Notes: generated by a model from the letters alone, not told the origin. A DNA stretch of 64,000 nucleotides from Methanobacteriota archaeon (GCA_020696385.1 JAEHCQ010000002.1:288001-352000), one strand, 5' to 3'; shown: positions 10,601 to 21,368, numbered from the stretch's first letter. Made by a program: numbers and translations.

Positions 10601-10823
10601 AATGTATTTGGAACCTCCTGAGTTAACTGAAGAAGAAGTGGCAGAGGCAAAGAGGCCCATTATGGAATGCATGTCTGTAAATAGCAGAAGTTGCTCTTTT
10701 GAAGAAGTGGAATTAGGACTGTCAGAGGAAATGGCTATTAAAGAGTCCAGACGTTGCTTGAGATGTGATCTAGAAACCGAGGAAGGAAAGAAACAATTTG
10801 AACCCGCAAAGGAGGGGGCTTAA
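7665..10823 (+). CDS. NuoF/HydB-like NAD(H)-FMN subunit fused to a GltD/NfnB-like FAD-NADP(H) oxidoreductase
   Basis: GRGGAGFPTG, NADEGDPGA, GEETALIASIEG, ESCGKCMTCREG; then PCQHVCP, CARVCSHPCE, IGSGPAG, GGGNAA, YRR, AGGDVVTGP, RCLRC. Confidence 0.93.
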   Translation: MSVKIKNNDDLIELRKSILSNKVQDKPCIVVATGTCGIAQGADKVIISLKKKLKEHGLEEKIEIKTTGCHGFCQIEPYLTIFPEDVFYTNVKPEDSEDIISKTIIGKEIIERLLYLDTKTNSTIMKENDIPFYKKQTRNMLENNILINPSNIDDYIGIGGYSALGKVFSGMPPEDVIEEIKNSELRGRGGAGFPTGFKWDFCRRAKGDMKYIVCNADEGDPGAYMNRNLLEGNPHSVLEGMLIGAYAMGASEGIIYIRHEYPLAVKTIKIAMDQMREYGLLGKNILGSGFDFDISIVPGAGAFVCGEETALIASIEGKKGEPRQRPPFPAQKGIFGKPTNINNVETWANIPLIINNGAEWFSEIGVEGANGTKIFSLVGKINNTGLVEVPLGTTLKEMVYDIGGGIPKGKKFKAIQTGGPSGGCIPGNLLSTPIDYNKLAEAGSIMGSGGLVVMDEDTCMVDVAKYFLGFLQEESCGKCMTCREGIERLLEIVTDITEGKGEMSDIDLLEELGNVVKDASMCGLGQTAPNSVLSTLRYFMDEYEQHIKYKRCPGVVCKEIISSPCQHVCPIDTEAPLYISLIAAGRYEEAFNIIMKDNPLSSVCARVCSHPCETKCQAGKFGDPISIRGLKRFVTDYAQKNDLKYLPKKQESKKEKIVIIGSGPAGLTASYYLGMNGYNVTILESQPVVGGALSICIPEYRLPKDILNHDIDNIREMGVEIKNNITVGKDISFEELRNNYDAIFIATGAHKSLKLGIPNEDADGVLHSMDLLKDASLGKDINIGPRIGIIGGGNAAVDVARVASRLAGCEEATLIYRRTRSEMPAFEEEVEACLDESVNMQFLTAPKSILAENGKMTGLECIRMELGERDASGRRRPVPIENSEFILELDNLIIAIGEQPDISFLDKIEGIKVTRGNAIGVDKEKYTTGIDGVFAGGDVVTGPNTVIEAMGSGKVVAGLIDKYLKGEPVEREYEITRPSMYLEPPELTEEEVAEAKRPIMECMSVNSRSCSFEEVELGLSEEMAIKESRRCLRCDLETEEGKKQFEPAKEGA

Positions 10824-10824
10824 T

Positions 10825-11535
10825 ATGACAACATTCAGAATTGACGGTCTAGACGTTGAAGCAGAAGAGGGATGGACCATACTGGAAACTGCAAAATTCT
10901 ATGGAATAGATATACCAACCCTCTGCCATGATGATGGTCTCAGTCCCTATGGGGCATGTAGATTGTGCATAGTCGAGGTCGGTGAAGGAAAGAATGCGAA
11001 ATTGACATCCTCTTGCACAACACCAGCTCAGGATGGGATCAGGGTCAGAACCCACTCCAGAAGGGTGATGAGTGCCAGAAAGATTATAATAGAATTGATG
11101 GTCGCACGCGCCTCGGGCTCAAAGGCACTTCAGGATCTGGCAGTAGAATACGGTGTGCAACAAGTAAGATTCAAACTCAAGCATGATGATTGTATCCTAT
11201 GTGGACTGTGTGTGCGCATGTGTAAGGAACAAATGATGGCAGGTGCCATTGATTTCGTTGGTCGTGGCAAAGATAGACGAATAACGACGGCCTTCGATGA
11301 AAAATCGGATGATTGCCGCTTTTGCGGCGGTTGCATGTATATTTGTCCGATATGTGAGCTTAGATGTCAAGGTCCAGAACCACCTGGTGCCATTTGTGGT
11401 AGTTGCCTAGATATGGAGCCAACATGCTTGGATCATTATGATGATGCACAATGTTTCATGGCCGAAGATAGCTGTGGAACCTGTGTTAGAGAACCAATGA
11501 AAGGAAATTTAATAGAAGATAAAAAGGAGGAATAG
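10825..11535 (+). CDS. NuoG/HydA N-terminal-like Fe-S protein without a catalytic domain
   Basis: IPTLC...GACRLC...SSC [2Fe-2S]; CILCGLCVRMC and CRFCGGCMYICP 2x[4Fe-4S]; extra Cys-rich tail. ATG 10825 after GGAGG. Confidence 0.88.
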   Translation: MTTFRIDGLDVEAEEGWTILETAKFYGIDIPTLCHDDGLSPYGACRLCIVEVGEGKNAKLTSSCTTPAQDGIRVRTHSRRVMSARKIIIELMVARASGSKALQDLAVEYGVQQVRFKLKHDDCILCGLCVRMCKEQMMAGAIDFVGRGKDRRITTAFDEKSDDCRFCGGCMYICPICELRCQGPEPPGAICGSCLDMEPTCLDHYDDAQCFMAEDSCGTCVREPMKGNLIEDKKEE

Positions 11536-11537
11536 AA

Positions 11538-13112
11538 ATGTCATTAACAAAAACGAACGCAAGTGCAGCCACCCTATCAAAGAACAGAACACCAGGTGCG
11601 ATACAAAGTTCCAGTGGAATGTGCGCAACCTGTGTGGATGGATGTATAGGGATGTGCGAGATAGGAAAATCAGCCTACAGAGGCCATGAGGTAATATACC
11701 CTCAGCCATTTGGGATAATCACTTCGGCAAATGAAAAAGAATATCCTGTGGATATGTCTCATTTCACAATTCTTGGTGGAATAGAAGATCCTAAGGGAAT
11801 TGCAGCTGACAGTGATATAGCATTGTTCTCTAATGTGAAAGTTGAGCAGAGAATCGGAAATGGGATAAAGGTCAGAATGCCCCTAGTGATACCTGGACTT
11901 GGTTCAACAGCCATAGCGAAGAACAACTGGGAAGGATTGGCTATCGGAGCGGCACTAGCTGGCATTCCGCTTACTATAGGTGAGAATGTTTGTGGAATGG
12001 ACCCCAAATCTGAGATCGTGAATGGAAAAGTTCAACATTCACCAGAACTCGAATGGCGTGTTAACTTGTACAAAGAATGGCAGCAGGACGGATACGGGGC
12101 AATAGTTGTTCAGGCTAATGTAGAAGACACGAATTTGGGTGTACACGAGTATGCGATATCGAAACTCAATGTAGATGCTGTAGAACTAAAATGGGGCCAG
12201 GGAGCCAAGAACATTGGTGGTGAAGTGAAGATTCCAGATCTGAAAAAAGCACAATTATTGAAGGAAAGGGGATATGTGGTATTACCTGATCCATTCGATC
12301 CAATAGTTATTAAGTCCTTCGAAAATGGTAATTTCAAGGAATTTGAAAGACACTCCAGAGTCGGTATGGTCTCAGAGGAAGCTTTTGTGGCCAGAGTGCA
12401 GGAGCTCAGAGATCTGGGAGCGAAGAATGTTTTCCTCAAAACCGGAGCTTACAGACCACTGGCTTTGGCACAGGCGATCAAATACGCATCAAAGGCAAAG
12501 ATCGACATGCTGACGGTCGATGCCGCAGGTGGCGGAACTGGCATGAGTCCATGGAGGATGATGAACGAGTGGGGAATACCAGAAGTGGAACTCCATTCCA
12601 TGCTACATGACTATGTTGACATACTGGCCAAGAAGGGCGAGCATATTCCAGATATAGTCATGGCTGGCGGCTTTACCTTTGAGGATCATATTTTTAAAGG
12701 TCTGTCATTGGGCGCACCTTATGTCAAGCTAATAGGAATGGCAAGAGGTCCTCTCGCAGCTGCAATGGTTGGAAAGACTCTTGGAAAACGCATCAATGAA
12801 AATGATATGCCTGTTTATGTGGGTAGGTTTGGAAGCTCGAAAGAAGACGTCTTTGTCACGTCTGCTGAGGTTAAGGAAAAGCTTGGAGCAAGATTTGCGG
12901 ATCTTCCAACGGGTGCATTAGGCCTTTATACATATGTGGAAAGGCTCAATCAAGGACTCAGACAAATAATGGCTGGCAGTCGTAAATTCAGTTTAGAACA
13001 TTTGTCACGGGACGATCTTGCCGCATTGACAAAGGAAGCAGCTGAAATATCGGGAATTCCATGGGTCATGGATGTTGACAAAGACGAGGTCACAAAGTTG
13101 CTGGATAGTTGA
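11538..13112 (+). CDS. Stand-alone FMN-binding glutamate synthase family protein
   Basis: ELKWGQGAK..GG and VDAAGGGTG FMN-barrel motifs; N-terminal CATCVDGCIGMC; no amidotransferase domain. Confidence 0.9.
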   Translation: MSLTKTNASAATLSKNRTPGAIQSSSGMCATCVDGCIGMCEIGKSAYRGHEVIYPQPFGIITSANEKEYPVDMSHFTILGGIEDPKGIAADSDIALFSNVKVEQRIGNGIKVRMPLVIPGLGSTAIAKNNWEGLAIGAALAGIPLTIGENVCGMDPKSEIVNGKVQHSPELEWRVNLYKEWQQDGYGAIVVQANVEDTNLGVHEYAISKLNVDAVELKWGQGAKNIGGEVKIPDLKKAQLLKERGYVVLPDPFDPIVIKSFENGNFKEFERHSRVGMVSEEAFVARVQELRDLGAKNVFLKTGAYRPLALAQAIKYASKAKIDMLTVDAAGGGTGMSPWRMMNEWGIPEVELHSMLHDYVDILAKKGEHIPDIVMAGGFTFEDHIFKGLSLGAPYVKLIGMARGPLAAAMVGKTLGKRINENDMPVYVGRFGSSKEDVFVTSAEVKEKLGARFADLPTGALGLYTYVERLNQGLRQIMAGSRKFSLEHLSRDDLAALTKEAAEISGIPWVMDVDKDEVTKLLDS

Positions 13113-13147
13113 TATTTGAAAAGGCCAAGGCAGCAGACAAAATAAAA

Positions 13148-13182
13148 GGGCTCGCTGAAATGCGAGCCCATTTTTCCTTTTA
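13148..13182 (+). terminator. Intrinsic terminator of the redox operon
   Basis: gggctcgc-tgaaat-gcgagccc followed by atttttcctttt. Confidence 0.7.
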
Positions 13183-13258
13183 TAAAAAATATTTAGGATA
13201 AATCATCAATTGATAAATTTGGTAAACGTTATATATCAATCCTGGTTTATTCACTCTC

Positions 13259-16204
13259 ATGGAAGACGACCGGGGAATTGAGGATAAAGATTTTAGGACC
13301 AATTTACACAGATCCTTCAATCTCATGAAATTCCAGATCGGTCGCATTCTTTTGGTGTCCAGTCTTTACGACGCCTTCACATTGGAAGAAGAGGGTTTAT
13401 TATCTGAGCAGATATCTGGAAAATATGAGGATATGGCTCTCTCATCTCCCCCGCGGATCAGCCGGGTGTCCACTGGTGAAGAGGCATTGCTCGAGCTCAA
13501 GGAAAGGAATTATGATCTAATAATCACCATGCCAAGGTTGATAGATACGGATCCATTTGAATTTGGAAACAGGGCGAAAGAGCTTCAGCCGGATATTCCG
13601 GTGGTCCTTCTGGTCATGGATAGGTCAGATATCCCAACATTTTACAGGTTAGGTCACCATGATAATATTGATAAGATATTCTATTGGAATGGAGATTCCA
13701 CTCTCTTCATGGCCATTATCAAGTATGTGGAGGATATGAAGAATGCAGAAAGGGATACTGAAACGGGTCTTGTACAGATCATCCTGGTCGTTGAGGATTC
13801 TCCCAGATATTATTCTATCTTTCTTCCATCTATATATATGGAAATAGTACATCAGACCCAATCCCTGATAGCCGAAGGCCTGAACGATCATGAAAAGGTC
13901 TTCAGAAAGCGAGCTCGTCCGAAAATATTGCTGGCAGAGAACTATGAAGAGGCCATGGACATCTACAGGAAATATAAAGAGCATATATTGTGTATTATAA
14001 CAGATGTTTCATATACCAGGAATGGAACAAGGGATGAAGAAGCTGGGTTCAAATTGCTGGACGAGCTGGATCCAAATGTACCGGTTCTTATCCAGTCATC
14101 TCATGCCGAATACAGAGCGAAGGCCAAAGAGTTGGGCAAAGTCTTCCTGGATAAGAATTCCAAAACACTTCTTCAGGATCTGAGGGATTTCTTCAAGAGC
14201 CATCTTGGCTTTGGTGATTTCATATTCAAACTACACAATGGTGAGCATGTCGGTCATGCCTCTGATATGGATGAGTTCATGGAAGTTCTGAGGAGTGTAC
14301 CATTAGAGTCGATAATCCACCACTGTAAGTCCCATCAATTCTCCAATTGGCTAATGGCCAGAGGAGAAGTTGACTTGGCTAAGAAATTGAATTCAAAGAA
14401 AATAACAGATTTCAAGACCGATGAGGAGTTGAGGCAATTTTTATTATTCGCCATAAATGAGGCTAGAACGGACAAGCATCGTGGGATAATGACTGATTTC
14501 CACCAACAGAAATTTGAATACCCCGATACTTTTACAAGACTTGGCGGGGGCTCCCTGGGTGGAAAAGGAAGGGGTATGGCTTTCCTCTCATCATTGCTTA
14601 AACGTAGTTATATACATAAGAAGATCAAAAATTGCAGTGTGAAGATCCCCGACACTATGATCATTGGTACCAACATCTTCGATGAGTTCATTGAATTCAA
14701 TAATATGTATGAATCTCTCAATAATGATCTTACAGATTCCGAAATATCAAATATTTTTCTCAATTCCAATCTGTCACCTGGAATCAAGGATTCCTTAAGG
14801 GAATATTTATCTATTGTGAGATGGCCCATAGCCGTTCGGTCTTCCAGTCTTCTGGAAGACTCCCAGAACCAGCCATTAGCGGGTATCTACTCCACCTTCA
14901 TGCTTCCCAATAATTGTGAAGACGAGGAGACCAGGGTGGAGCAATTGTGCCAGGCTATCAAGCTCGTTTATGCATCAGCTTTTTACAGATCTGCAAAAGC
15001 CTACATCCAGTCTACTGCCTACATCACCGAGGAAGAGAAAATGGCCGTCATTCTGCAAAAACTGGTCGGTAAAACATACGGCGCTAGGTTCTATCCAATA
15101 TGCTCTGGTGTTGCACAATCCATTAATTATTATCCTGTAGCTCCACTCAAACGGGATGATGGAATTGTAAGTGTAGCTCTTGGACTGGGGCACATAGTTG
15201 TTCAGGGTGAGCAGGCACTCAATTTCTCACCAGAGTATCCAAAAATCCCACAAGGTTTATCCACACCCGAGGAGGTATTGAAGAATTCGCAAAATTATTT
15301 CTATGCTCTGAATATTGACACAATAGGGACATGTTATGATTTTAGGATGGGTAAGGATATATCACTCGTCAAATCGCCTGTTTCAGATGCGGAGAAGGAC
15401 GGTACTCTGGATCATTTAGCTAGTACCTATGATTCCAATGATAATCGCATTAGGGACGGTGTGGGCTATCCAGGCCCAAAACTCGTAACATTTGCTGGTA
15501 TTCTAAATTACAATACGATGCCCCTGGTCAAAATAATCAAGGAGCTTCTGCAGATTGGGGGAATTGGCATGGGAAGCCCGGTGGAGATCGAATTTGCTTG
15601 CACGACAGATGATAAAGGCAATCTGGAATTCTATGTTTTGCAGATTAGGCCTCTAGTGGGCCAGAAAGATAAGAAACAGATCAAGATCAAGCAGAAGGAT
15701 ATTGATGCTTCATTCATCCACACGAACAAGGCCCTGGGCAATGGCACTCTAGAAGGAATTCGGGATATCCTGTTCATACCTCCAGACAGGTTTGATAATA
15801 CCAAAACTCTGGACATCGCTCAGGAGATTGGCCAGTTCAATAAGGAGCTAGCTGGCCGTCCATATCTCCTTATTGGCCCAGGCAGGTGGGGTACGAGGGA
15901 TCGCTCGCTAGGTATTCCGGTGGAATGGGATCAGATATCCAATGCCAGAGCGATCGTCGAAGCATCTCTGGAGGATTTCAGGATAGATCCATCTCATGGC
16001 ACTCATTTCTTCCACAATATCACATCACTTGGCATCATGTATTTCTCCATTCCTTATGGTACGGGAAAAGCTTACATGGATTGGGGCTGGCTCACATCCC
16101 GAACTCCAGAGACCAAGAAGGATTTTGTCATCCACATCAAGCTGGATGAGGATCTTAATATCAAGGTGGATGGGAGAAGTGGAAAGGGAATAATATCTCC
16201 ATAA
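13259..16204 (+). CDS. Receiver-like domains fused to a PEP/pyruvate-binding (PEP synthase/PPDK N-terminal ATP-grasp) domain
   Basis: Receiver-like segments (ILVVEDSPRY, IITDV), GSLGGKGRG, AVRSSSLLED, VEIEFA, LQIRP, C-terminal GPGRWG and SHGTHFF. Confidence 0.85.
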   Translation: MEDDRGIEDKDFRTNLHRSFNLMKFQIGRILLVSSLYDAFTLEEEGLLSEQISGKYEDMALSSPPRISRVSTGEEALLELKERNYDLIITMPRLIDTDPFEFGNRAKELQPDIPVVLLVMDRSDIPTFYRLGHHDNIDKIFYWNGDSTLFMAIIKYVEDMKNAERDTETGLVQIILVVEDSPRYYSIFLPSIYMEIVHQTQSLIAEGLNDHEKVFRKRARPKILLAENYEEAMDIYRKYKEHILCIITDVSYTRNGTRDEEAGFKLLDELDPNVPVLIQSSHAEYRAKAKELGKVFLDKNSKTLLQDLRDFFKSHLGFGDFIFKLHNGEHVGHASDMDEFMEVLRSVPLESIIHHCKSHQFSNWLMARGEVDLAKKLNSKKITDFKTDEELRQFLLFAINEARTDKHRGIMTDFHQQKFEYPDTFTRLGGGSLGGKGRGMAFLSSLLKRSYIHKKIKNCSVKIPDTMIIGTNIFDEFIEFNNMYESLNNDLTDSEISNIFLNSNLSPGIKDSLREYLSIVRWPIAVRSSSLLEDSQNQPLAGIYSTFMLPNNCEDEETRVEQLCQAIKLVYASAFYRSAKAYIQSTAYITEEEKMAVILQKLVGKTYGARFYPICSGVAQSINYYPVAPLKRDDGIVSVALGLGHIVVQGEQALNFSPEYPKIPQGLSTPEEVLKNSQNYFYALNIDTIGTCYDFRMGKDISLVKSPVSDAEKDGTLDHLASTYDSNDNRIRDGVGYPGPKLVTFAGILNYNTMPLVKIIKELLQIGGIGMGSPVEIEFACTTDDKGNLEFYVLQIRPLVGQKDKKQIKIKQKDIDASFIHTNKALGNGTLEGIRDILFIPPDRFDNTKTLDIAQEIGQFNKELAGRPYLLIGPGRWGTRDRSLGIPVEWDQISNARAIVEASLEDFRIDPSHGTHFFHNITSLGIMYFSIPYGTGKAYMDWGWLTSRTPETKKDFVIHIKLDEDLNIKVDGRSGKGIISP

Positions 16205-16244
16205 TGAAGTGGTCAATGTTCTAGAATAAGATAATTGAAATATT

Positions 16245-16268
16245 TGCCCTGGCCTTTCGACCAGGGCA
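16245..16268. terminator. Hairpin terminator between convergent genes
   Basis: tgccctgg-cctttcga-ccagggca. Confidence 0.55.
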
Positions 16269-16305
16269 TTTTCGTTTGCTCATATGATCATGGACTTATC
16301 TAAGC

Positions 16306-17661
<1,356 letters not shown>

Positions 17662-17915
17662 TTAATCATATCCTTTAATTTATATTGATTGACCATTATT
17701 AAAGGATGCCCCCTTATTGCAACGTGAGAAAAATTACGTCTATATAATGGAACGTTTTTAAAAAAAGACAATTTTAATAAAAGAAATTTTTGGCTCACCA
17801 AATTCTTACCCATTCATTTATTAGACCAGTTGACTGAGTCATTCTTCATCAGATTATCGATCATATTGGGGTCTGGTAGTGTGGATATATTTCCGACCTG
17901 ATCGTATTCATTGGC

Positions 17916-18122
17916 CTTGCTAATTCAGGTGGCCTGATAAGTTCATATGTGGAATACATTGGTGGTGATGAGAAACAGATGTTCGAAATGACCGAAAAAA
18001 TTGTGAGCAAAAATACTAAGGCGGTTCTGGACAAATCAAAAACAGATTTATGTTTACCAAGGGAATGTGCTTTGACAATAGCCAAGGGAAGGATGAGAAA
18101 AAGCGTAATTTCCAATCTCTAA
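17916..18122 (+). pseudogene. C-terminal remnant of a second Glu/Leu/Phe/Val dehydrogenase
   Basis: Manual translation LANSGGLISSYVEYIGGDEKQMFEMTEKIVSKNTKAVL...PRECALTIAKGR* matches the ANAGGVISSY.E family tail; in-frame TAG at 17877 and no start codon for the ANSGG segment. Confidence 0.7.
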
Positions 18123-18149
18123 CAGATTATTAAAGCAGAAAAACTATAA

Positions 18150-19367
18150 ATGGATGGAATGCTGTCCATTATTTACATGCATCCAATTAATGATATTCGA
18201 GGATCATCTTCTTCCAGACTTGCTGGAAAAACCATTGTTCTTGGGATAACAGGCAGTATCGCGGCAGTGGAGACCATCAAAATGGCGAGGGAGCTGGCAC
18301 GGCATGGCGCTGATGTCATACCGGTCATGTCCGAAGCCGCCACGAAGATAATCCATCCGGATGCCATACACTTCGCCACTGGTCATGTTCCGATCATCAA
18401 ATTAGATGGAGCAGTGAAGCATGTGGAACTCTGTGGTGAGACCAGTAGCAGAGCGGACCTTCTCCTCATAGCCCCTGCAACAGCCAATACGATTTCAAAG
18501 ATAGCACATGCGATAGATGACACCCCGGTGACCACGATGGCCACATGCGCGATGGGTTCAAAGATGCCGATCGTGATCGTGCCCGCCATGCATGGCTCCA
18601 TGTACAAACACACTCTTCTTTTGCAAAACATCGAGCTTCTGAAAGAACACGGTGTTATTTTCGTCCAACCCAAGCTGGAAGAGGGCAAGGCCAAGATAGC
18701 TTCCAGGGATGATATAGTTCATTCGGTCATCTCCTGTCTGGGTGACAACACTTTTTCATCAAAGAAAGTGCTGGTAATAACCGGCCCCACATCCGAGCCA
18801 ATTGACGATGTCCGTGTGATAACCAATAGATCAACAGGGTTCACAGGCGTGCAGCTGGCCCTTGAAGCCTATTATCGAGGGGCGGATGTCGAGGTCTGGG
18901 CGGCAAGAGGTGTGGATGTCCCACATATGTTGAATGTGAAGAGATTTGAAAGTGTCGGCGATCTGGAAAAAATGGCAGGCGATGCCAAGGCTGATGTTAT
19001 TCTTGTGCCAGCAGCTATATCGGACTTCCTTGTTGAGAAACACCAAGGAAAGGTAAGCTCCTCCGAACCCATCACTATCCGATTGACCCAAGCACCCAAG
19101 ATACTAGCCCTTTTGAGAAAAAATACAGAAGCACTTATAGTGGGTTTCAAAGCAGAGACTGGCATAGACCTTGAGGAGCTGGAATCTCGGGCCATAAAAA
19201 GAATGAAAGAACATGGTCTAGGCATGATAATTGCCAATCTGATGGAGGATGTCGGTCTATATGATACGAAGGCCATGATCCTCCGAATGGACGGTAAGAA
19301 AGATATTTTCGAGCTGAAAAAATCAGAGCTGGCTACAATTGTTTTCGATATAATAAAAGGTGAATGA
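18150..19367 (+). CDS. coaBC: Bifunctional phosphopantothenoylcysteine decarboxylase/ligase
   Basis: GITGSIAA, APATANTISK, PAMH, GPTSEPIDDVRVITNRSTG, AAISDF, VGFKAE. Start may be ATG 18177. Confidence 0.95.
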   Translation: MDGMLSIIYMHPINDIRGSSSSRLAGKTIVLGITGSIAAVETIKMARELARHGADVIPVMSEAATKIIHPDAIHFATGHVPIIKLDGAVKHVELCGETSSRADLLLIAPATANTISKIAHAIDDTPVTTMATCAMGSKMPIVIVPAMHGSMYKHTLLLQNIELLKEHGVIFVQPKLEEGKAKIASRDDIVHSVISCLGDNTFSSKKVLVITGPTSEPIDDVRVITNRSTGFTGVQLALEAYYRGADVEVWAARGVDVPHMLNVKRFESVGDLEKMAGDAKADVILVPAAISDFLVEKHQGKVSSSEPITIRLTQAPKILALLRKNTEALIVGFKAETGIDLEELESRAIKRMKEHGLGMIIANLMEDVGLYDTKAMILRMDGKKDIFELKKSELATIVFDIIKGE

Positions 19368-19370
19368 CCA

Positions 19371-20333
19371 ATGGCCGGTTCAGCCATTGATACGAAGTCC
19401 ACTGATACCAGTACCACTAATAATGCCATGATCGATGATACTGAAAATAGAGTAAAAGCATACTGTCCCGGTCATATAACCGGGATGTTCACTGTCGAGG
19501 ATCAGGATCCCAATATTTTGAAGAAAGGCTCAAGGGGTGTGGGTTTCTGCACCCAATTGGGAGCCGTGTCCGAAGCAGCATTTCGACCCGGAACTGGAAT
19601 ACTGGCCATAAAGATAAATGGTAAAATATCGGCTTCTCCGATCACACGCCGGGCTTTGGGGCATATGGTTCCAAAGCTCAGCCTGGACATTGACATCAAT
19701 ATCGAGCTCCAAGCCCCCATCGGCCAGGGATTCGGTATGAGCTCCGCAGGCACGATGGCCACGTGCCTGGCCGTCGCCTCTTATCTTAATCTTCCAGCTC
19801 CTGACAAGCAAGCTCTTAAGGCCACGCATATGGCGGAGGTCGAATTAGGAGCGGGCTTGGGGGATGCGATAGCACAGGCAACAGGCGGTTTTGTCCAACG
19901 TCTGGCTCCTGGAATATCCAGCCTGGATAATACGAGAAAGCTGAAAGCCCCAGATACAGAAATCTTATTCTGCATACTGGGCGGGGAATTGAGCACCAGA
20001 AGTATCATCCAGCATCCGGAAAAGAAGAAAATCATATCGCAAGAGGGGGCGAAATATCTGGCCGAGTTCGGAGATAGGCCGAACTTCGATAATTTCATCA
20101 GTCTGTCTGGGAAATTCTCAAAGGGCACTGGTCTTCTGACAAATGAAATGTCAGAGGTTCTATTGAAGGCCAGTAATATCTCCAGGGGGAGCATGGTGAT
20201 GCTCGGGAATACGATATTCTGCATTCCCGATGATCCTTCCGACATCTTGCATTTGGAGGAGAGACTGGCCCAGTATGGAAATGTTATCCGGACCAGGATC
20301 ACCGAGACCAAACCCAGAATAATTCCAATTTAG
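19371..20333 (+). CDS. pok: Pantoate kinase (GHMP family)
   Basis: PGHITG.F, GSRGVG, PIGQGFGMSSA, H.AEV...GLGD; adjacent to coaBC. Confidence 0.88.
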   Translation: MAGSAIDTKSTDTSTTNNAMIDDTENRVKAYCPGHITGMFTVEDQDPNILKKGSRGVGFCTQLGAVSEAAFRPGTGILAIKINGKISASPITRRALGHMVPKLSLDIDINIELQAPIGQGFGMSSAGTMATCLAVASYLNLPAPDKQALKATHMAEVELGAGLGDAIAQATGGFVQRLAPGISSLDNTRKLKAPDTEILFCILGGELSTRSIIQHPEKKKIISQEGAKYLAEFGDRPNFDNFISLSGKFSKGTGLLTNEMSEVLLKASNISRGSMVMLGNTIFCIPDDPSDILHLEERLAQYGNVIRTRITETKPRIIPI

Positions 20334-20441
20334 TTCATTAATGACCTAATAGATTAGGGGCATCTTTTTATTACAATGCTATATTATTAGAATAAAATGG
20401 GGAAGATATTCTGCATTTGTAAAATATAATGGAGTGGAAAA

Positions 20442-21266
20442 ATGGCATTAGAACTATTTGGCCAAGATCTGGAAGCGGATATATACGCAGGTATCAGCCT
20501 GTTGGATATCATTCTCTTCTTGATCGTTCTGGTCGTAGGATTAATCGTGGCCCGCGTAGCAGCTGGCTCGGTCAAGAAAAAATTGAATAAGATGAACGCT
20601 GGCGAAATACTCGCTGACTTCGCTTCCCGAATATTGAGAATCGTATTGTATGTGTTCGTGATCGGAATAGCAATCGGCTTCCTGGGCGTGAATGTAGGAG
20701 CCGCTCTGGTAAGCGTATCAGTCGTGCTCGGGTTCGTACTTGGTTTCGCACTGGGTGACACCCTCAGCAACTTCGCTGCTGGGTTCATGATCGCCATAAC
20801 CAAGCCCTTCAAGAAAGGCGATTATGTCGATGTCGCTGGACAGTCTGGCTCTGTCAAGAGTGTGGGCATAAGCATAACCGAGCTCAATACACCGGACAAC
20901 AAGCACATCATCATACCGAACAAGGCAGTCTGGGGCGGAAGCATCGTGAACTATTCCAAACACGCACTCAGAAGAGTGGATATGAAAACAGGTGTAGGAT
21001 ATGATGACAACCTGGATCTGGCTCTCAAGACCACGATGGACATAGTGGTGGCCCATCCAAAGGTTTTGAAGGATCCAGCACCTCAAGTCGTGATAGCCGA
21101 GATGGCCGATTCATCGGTCAATATCGTCATCAGGCCATGGTCCAAGAACGCGGATTACTGGGATGTGTTCTTCGACCTCCAGAAATCATTGAAGGAAGGC
21201 TATGACAAGGCCGGTTTGAGTATCCCATATCCTCAGACCGATGTTCACATGATCGAGAAGAACTGA
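20442..21266 (+). CDS. mscS: Small-conductance mechanosensitive channel
   Basis: Three TMs, GFAL...SNFAAG, PFKKGD, IPN, IPYPQ. Confidence 0.93.
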   Translation: MALELFGQDLEADIYAGISLLDIILFLIVLVVGLIVARVAAGSVKKKLNKMNAGEILADFASRILRIVLYVFVIGIAIGFLGVNVGAALVSVSVVLGFVLGFALGDTLSNFAAGFMIAITKPFKKGDYVDVAGQSGSVKSVGISITELNTPDNKHIIIPNKAVWGGSIVNYSKHALRRVDMKTGVGYDDNLDLALKTTMDIVVAHPKVLKDPAPQVVIAEMADSSVNIVIRPWSKNADYWDVFFDLQKSLKEGYDKAGLSIPYPQTDVHMIEKN

Positions 21267-21300
21267 TTGAAATCGTGTGAAAAATAATAATAAAGAGGAA

Positions 21301-21327
21301 TGGCAGAGCGATAACATCGCTCTGCCA
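21301..21327. terminator. Bidirectional hairpin terminator
   Basis: tggcagagcgat-aac-atcgctctgcca between convergent mscS and bioY. Confidence 0.65.
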
Positions 21328-21368
21328 CCATTTCATTATTTAGATGCGTGTTTTTACTTAGATAGACA

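Noticed and set aside
6710-11535. [FeFe]/[NiFe] hydrogenase, formate dehydrogenase or respiratory complex I
   Set aside because: No H-cluster, NiFe or molybdopterin domain and no membrane Nuo subunits.
17861-18115. Minus-strand 84-aa ORF
   Set aside because: Antisense shadow of the dehydrogenase remnant on the plus strand.
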